Part shown: positions 59,777-64,000 of the stretch, one piece after another
How the letters are laid out: the number at the start of each line of letters is the position of its first letter
Position numbering within the stretch: the stretch's first letter is position 1
Program-made: the position numbers and the translations under genes
Virus record (IMG/VR): IMGVR_UViG_3300001528_000425
Span: 160,001-224,000 of that record
DNA: 64,000 bases
Direction: 5' to 3' (one strand)
Origin: a virus
Taxonomy: Duplodnaviria; Caudoviricetes
Notes under the pieces: model-generated
The model's input: only the letters and a program-made list of their open reading frames with translations
Databases searched by the model: none
What the model was told of the DNA's origin: nothing

Positions 59777-61891
59777 TTAAGCGATGACCGGGAACGGATC
59801 AACAAAAGTTGCCGCATCGACCATATACCAGAACCAACGATAAGATACCGTCACGTTGCCATCTTCGGGCATCGTAAACGGGATCGTCAATTTGAAGCTG
59901 GTGCTTCCATCAACGTTCTCCCAGACGGCATCGTCTTCGGCTTCCCAATGACCAGCCTGCGAGAAGATCTTGCTTCCATCCGGAAGTTCGATCGTAGCCT
60001 GGAAATGTTCAGGAATCTCCGTAGGATCGTTGTATCCGTACAGAGTCATGTGGAACGTAAGGGTTCTCTCCCCTGCAGAAGCAGGAAGAGTGATGCCCTT
60101 GAACGGAGCTCCACCGATCTCGATCGGCCGTCTGCTGTCATTCTGAATTTCGTTGGAAAGACGGATGGAGCAATTCGAAGTAGAACCAACGCGATAGACA
60201 CTCCAGGTCTGCGCCTGTGAGAATCGACTCCTCACGGTGAAGTTCCCTTCCTGCATATTGTTCGTGCAGATATAAGCACACTCCGTCTTGTAAGAATCCA
60301 TGCTCTCGCTGGAGAAGTTGTTCGTGACAAATCGAATATTTGACGATCCGCACAGGATATAAGAATGCCAGTTAACCGACAATGCCACCTGAGAGTTATA
60401 TTCCCAGCGAGGATTGGAGCGATTACAGGTAATGGAACCAATATAGAGGGTATTACGGCCTCCGTCATTGAACGCGTACCCAGGATACCAACTGGAGATC
60501 GATTTGATCTTACCAAGGCTCAAACTCGCATACACAGAACCTTGTATATCACAGTCCGACATATCGATCATCGCCTGATACACCTTCATTGCGATCCCGA
60601 ATGGTGCCGTAATGTGGATGTTTTGGAGCAGATAATCGGTTGACGCGTTGCGTTGATAGGAGCTTTCCGTGGTAGCAACCAAAAGTCCGTTGTCATAATC
60701 AGTGAACGGATTCTGGTCCCAAGTAGTGAAGTCGTTCAACGTATCCGTGTATTCCGTACACGCATTGATCGTAATGTTGCGGAAGATGTTGTACTGGCCT
60801 CTCGAAGGAGTCCAATATCTGCCGTCGTCTTGATTCTGGATATACTTGAAGTAGAGAATATTGGAATTTCTCCCTTTCAGTGTCGGGAGATCAACCGTAA
60901 CGTTTTCCATGATAGATCCTGCATTCATGGAATTGGCACAGATAACGCCACTCATATAGAACCTATTCTGGTAAGCAGAATGATTCTGATGTTCTCCCAT
61001 GGCCACTGTAACGTTATCCACGAAGATACGGTTAACGGTATTGTTGACAAATGGCCGACAATACGGATCTTCGCAATGATTGTTGTAGTACGCATAGTAC
61101 TTGATATTTTTGACCTTTACTTCCGGCGCATTCTGTTGATCTTCCGGAGACCACGTGATGATCGGTTGTACTGCATCTCTGCACTGAGTGACATGAGCTT
61201 CACAATCTTCAATGCGTATGTTACGCACACGACCAAGGTTGATCGCCCAACCGCGTCCCCACTTATCGAACCGACAATTGAGAACCGTTGCTGAGTTAGC
61301 GAATACATCCGTGCATCCAGTCAGCCACTGCTGTCCACGGTAGTAGTTCGTATCGTTGGTATCACCTTCTGCCGTGAAATCGAATCCGGAATACTTGAAT
61401 CGACAGTTCTCCAGATATATTTCGGTACCGAATGAACTGGAGAATGACAGACATGCGGCTTCGTTGTTCTCAGTTCTGCCATCCTCGAAACAAACTCGAC
61501 TGATATGAACCTTACGACACGAAGTGAATTTGGTTCCATATCTTCCATTGAACGGCATGCGTATCCAGGCCCATTCGCGTTCCGCATCTACCCAAGCAGA
61601 TTTGGCATCTGCAGGCATTTCGGTGAACATCGGATCATCCGTCTTGGGCATACCCATGATCACCACACTCTTCACGTTGTTGAAAGTGAGGCTGGAGTTG
61701 TTGCTGTATGGGAGTAATGCAACCAAACCAACAGCAGAGCGACGAACGAGATAGATGGTGTTATCTTCCCATGTGGATGGGAAGTTTCTGGAAGCATTGG
61801 CGGCAGAAGACCCATCTCCACCATCACCTTGTTCGTTAGAGAGAGTCGGGTCAATGTAGTAGAACTTGTGTTCTGTGTTATGTATCAACAT
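59777..61891 (-). CDS. parallel beta-helix (pectin lyase-like) tailspike candidate
   Basis: YYIDP....GDGSS..NA start motif; repeated I.LENC.F, I.IEDC, FRNITI, LQNIHI rungs; beta-sandwich-like C-terminus. Confidence 0.65.
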   Translation of the reverse strand: MLIHNTEHKFYYIDPTLSNEQGDGGDGSSAANASRNFPSTWEDNTIYLVRRSAVGLVALLPYSNNSSLTFNNVKSVVIMGMPKTDDPMFTEMPADAKSAWVDAEREWAWIRMPFNGRYGTKFTSCRKVHISRVCFEDGRTENNEAACLSFSSSFGTEIYLENCRFKYSGFDFTAEGDTNDTNYYRGQQWLTGCTDVFANSATVLNCRFDKWGRGWAINLGRVRNIRIEDCEAHVTQCRDAVQPIITWSPEDQQNAPEVKVKNIKYYAYYNNHCEDPYCRPFVNNTVNRIFVDNVTVAMGEHQNHSAYQNRFYMSGVICANSMNAGSIMENVTVDLPTLKGRNSNILYFKYIQNQDDGRYWTPSRGQYNIFRNITINACTEYTDTLNDFTTWDQNPFTDYDNGLLVATTESSYQRNASTDYLLQNIHITAPFGIAMKVYQAMIDMSDCDIQGSVYASLSLGKIKSISSWYPGYAFNDGGRNTLYIGSITCNRSNPRWEYNSQVALSVNWHSYILCGSSNIRFVTNNFSSESMDSYKTECAYICTNNMQEGNFTVRSRFSQAQTWSVYRVGSTSNCSIRLSNEIQNDSRRPIEIGGAPFKGITLPASAGERTLTFHMTLYGYNDPTEIPEHFQATIELPDGSKIFSQAGHWEAEDDAVWENVDGSTSFKLTIPFTMPEDGNVTVSYRWFWYMVDAATFVDPFPVIA

Positions 61892-61902
61892 GGTTCACAT
61901 CC

Positions 61903-62385
61903 TCATGGTTGTTCTTCAGTTGTTGTGTCATCCGGACTCGGATGGTATACGAGCGGGAACGGAGATTCATCGAAGGCAACCAGTTGCGGTTGTTCGAGTT
62001 CAAGTGATCCTTGGAATACTGTATTACCTCCACACCATACTCCGAACATACCAGCCGGAGGTTTGTTCGGTTGAAAGTGGTTGGGAAATTCCATAGAGAT
62101 CACAATGGGTTCAGCGAATGCCGTTTCAAGGTCTAAGATCAGTCCACCAGAAGCTTGTCCTCTACGAGGATATCTGGGAGTTCCGAACTGATCCACATCT
62201 TGAAAGTTGAAGAAGAATTCGAAGTCGTTCTGATAGACAGAGTCGATCAAGGATGGAATGTCCAGTAGAACAATCTCTTTCCCATCAGGTATCACCACTC
62301 CTTTGGCGATAAGGGACTCCTTAGCTTCAGCTTGTACTTGTTCGACAAGTTCGAGTATCTTGATCGTCTTTTCTACTAAAGTCAT
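61903..62385 (-). CDS. hypothetical protein (tailspike-associated)
   Basis: AAGGAGG RBS before MTLVEK. Confidence 0.65.
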   Translation of the reverse strand: MTLVEKTIKILELVEQVQAEAKESLIAKGVVIPDGKEIVLLDIPSLIDSVYQNDFEFFFNFQDVDQFGTPRYPRRGQASGGLILDLETAFAEPIVISMEFPNHFQPNKPPAGMFGVWCGGNTVFQGSLELEQPQLVAFDESPFPLVYHPSPDDTTTEEQP

Positions 62386-62398
62386 GGCATCCTCCTTA

Positions 62399-62662
62399 TC
62401 ATGGCGTTGCGTTGACTTCGTATCCAAGAATCTTCAAGATTTCGGTATCCAAATCGCTGACAACTCCAACAGTCTTCTCCAAAGCGGCAATCCTCGCTTC
62501 GAGATCTGCTCCTCCACCTGTGTTGTCAACCCATTCGGTTGTACCGTCTTCTTTAACGGAAAGAATCTGTCCAGCTTCTCCAGGGATCTCGGGAGCAAGC
62601 ACTCTCTTCTGGATCTCTGGTAGCAAACTCTTTCCATTGATGATCACGGATGTTTGTTTCAT
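62399..62662 (-). CDS. small tail-associated protein
   Basis: GQILSVKEDGTTEWVD fibre-type motif plus LEARIAALE coiled coil; AGGAGG RBS. Confidence 0.65.
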   Translation of the reverse strand: MKQTSVIINGKSLLPEIQKRVLAPEIPGEAGQILSVKEDGTTEWVDNTGGGADLEARIAALEKTVGVVSDLDTEILKILGYEVNATP

Positions 62663-62693
62663 AGGGCTTGGTTCCTCCTATTCAAATAAGATG

Positions 62694-62738
62694 TATAAAA
62701 TGGTACGTACTACTGTGGGAATTCCCACAGTAGTACGT
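62694..62738 (-). promoter_or_regulatory. putative late promoter next to 34-bp perfect palindrome
   Basis: CATTTTATA at 62694-62702; ACGTACTACTGTGGGAA|TTCCCACAGTAGTACGT at 62705-62738. Confidence 0.6.
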
Positions 62739-62743
62739 GAGCT

Positions 62744-63181
62744 TTATTCAATTACATGCTTCAGATGCATCTTAATGGAATTGTCCTTCTTACGATGACA
62801 AGGACGACATAACCACATGACTTCAAGTGGTTTGGAGTAATCATCATGGTGCATCTCCAGATGATCGATCGATCCACAGATCTCACAGGGTTGTGGAATC
62901 AAGATACCTTTCCGTCTTGCGACATTAGCCAGGTATCTTGCATGGTATCGATCTGGATGTTTCTTCCGGTCTTCTGCTGCTCTACGTCTACCTTCTTCGG
63001 ATCTAGATTTCATTCGAGAATATTCTCGGTACTTCTCTAGCTTCCTCTGTCGGATATGATACTGCGCTGTTTTGGCACAATCTTTACATAGATACAGCAG
63101 ATTGTCTTTTGAAGTTGGATGGTGATAATACTCCGTGAAAGGCTTATACAATCCGCACTTACTACAGACTTTAGCCGGCAT
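62744..63181 (-). CDS. zinc-finger HNH-family endonuclease-like protein
   Basis: KVCSKC..KP..EY...CKDC and PCEICG...HHDDYSKPLEVMWLCRPCH. Confidence 0.75.
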   Translation of the reverse strand: MPAKVCSKCGLYKPFTEYYHHPTSKDNLLYLCKDCAKTAQYHIRQRKLEKYREYSRMKSRSEEGRRRAAEDRKKHPDRYHARYLANVARRKGILIPQPCEICGSIDHLEMHHDDYSKPLEVMWLCRPCHRKKDNSIKMHLKHVIE

Positions 63182-63254
63182 CAGGTCATCTGTTCCCGGA
63201 TCAACTGGTACCCAATCGGGTAATTCAAGCGGGATATCGAAGGTGTCTCCTGAC

Positions 63255-63884
63255 TTAGAAGGGAATATCGTCGTCGGAATTGCCGGAGCCGCCTCCATTG
63301 CCTCCGTTGTTTCCGCCGTAGCTATTTCCTCCTCGAAAGGAGTTACCCCCATTGTAGTTGCCACCACCGTTACCGCCATGGCGGTTCGGATCGTATTTCT
63401 CATCCGTCCAGATGACCGCCAGCATCGTGCGTTCGAACCACTCGATCATGGTCTCGAAGGCGAACGCCGACTTGTCCGCATTGCTCATCGGATCGGAGCC
63501 GATGGAAATACCGCCGGTGCCGCGGAAGACGAAGTCGAACGTCCGGTTGCCGTCCAGACAGTTCGTCAGCGTGACATGATAGAGCATCTCGGCATCCTTG
63601 GAGAAAGTGAGAACCCACTCCAGCGCCCACTGTTTGGTCTCCGGATTGAACTTCTCTTTCTTCACCGGGATCTTGGTTTCAGGAGCCGCTTTGCGGATCT
63701 TGTTGAATGCCGATTTCAGAACTTCGTAGAGATACGGAGTGACGTTGATCTTGATCGGCGGTTTGCCGCCACCCTTGGTGAAGACGGCGAATGAGATCGT
63801 TCCCTTGAAAACGCTCAGATTCAGGGATTCCCCGGAAGCCTTGTTGTCCAGAGTAAACGGTCTGATGAAGAGTTCCTTTTCCAT
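63255..63884 (-). CDS. putative single-stranded DNA-binding protein
   Basis: Beta-rich core, Gly/Asn-rich linker, C-terminal SDDDIPF tip; strong codon bias. Confidence 0.65.
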   Translation of the reverse strand: MEKELFIRPFTLDNKASGESLNLSVFKGTISFAVFTKGGGKPPIKINVTPYLYEVLKSAFNKIRKAAPETKIPVKKEKFNPETKQWALEWVLTFSKDAEMLYHVTLTNCLDGNRTFDFVFRGTGGISIGSDPMSNADKSAFAFETMIEWFERTMLAVIWTDEKYDPNRHGGNGGGNYNGGNSFRGGNSYGGNNGGNGGGSGNSDDDIPF

Positions 63885-63898
63885 TTGATTCATTCCTT

Positions 63899-64000
63899 TT
63901 ATTTAAGGTTGTTGGGTACTTCGATATTGAGTCTTTGGAGAGCATCGTTGATATACATGGGAGTATGCATCGTCCAACGCTCTTGTTCTGCCACTTCCAG
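63899..64000 (-). CDS. 3' end of a CDS entering from beyond the window
   Basis: LEVAEQERWTMHTPMYINDALQRLNIEVPNNLK* open to the edge. Confidence 0.55.
   Translation of the reverse strand: MEVAEQERWTMHTPMYINDALQRLNIEVPNNLK

Noticed and set aside
63182-63403. N-terminal extension of the HNH ORF 62744..63403
   Set aside because: Alternate-frame read of the SSB-like Gly/Asn linker; the domain begins at MPAKVC.

Overview
64 kb of a large, AT-neutral dsDNA jumbo phage of the phiKZ-like, nucleus-forming type (Chimalliviridae-like). The host cannot be determined from this window. Recognisable from motifs and gene order: PhuZ tubulin (cut by the left edge and missed by the ORF track), virion RNA polymerase beta (gp178-like) and beta' (gp180-like), non-virion RNAP beta (gp71-73-like), beta' (gp74-like) and probable sigma-like gp68, gp69/PicA- and gp70-like genes, an SF2 helicase, a 2130-aa gp181-like tail protein with gp182-like neighbour, baseplate/spike/tail-fibre genes, several protease-processed head proteins, HD and HNH proteins and an SSB-like protein. 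phiKZ gp numbers are my assignments from recalled motifs and synteny, not from searches. Three of the four RNAP catalytic-subunit genes are interrupted: two by group I introns with HNH homing endonucleases and one by an intein. Most unusual: (1) the intein sits in the vRNAP catalytic DFDGD motif with Asn and Asp apparently swapped across the splice junctions (DFDGN|C...YD|T) and lacks the canonical His/His/Asn residues; (2) a Cap3-like JAB protein with all four catalytic residues replaced lies in an early operon with a STAS-like DUF4325 protein and PhuZ. Two recurrent promoter motifs (RYATATATTAC, CATnnTATR), about 16 long intergenic palindromes and three single-base frameshifts are visible. 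No tRNA, rRNA or CRISPR array was seen.
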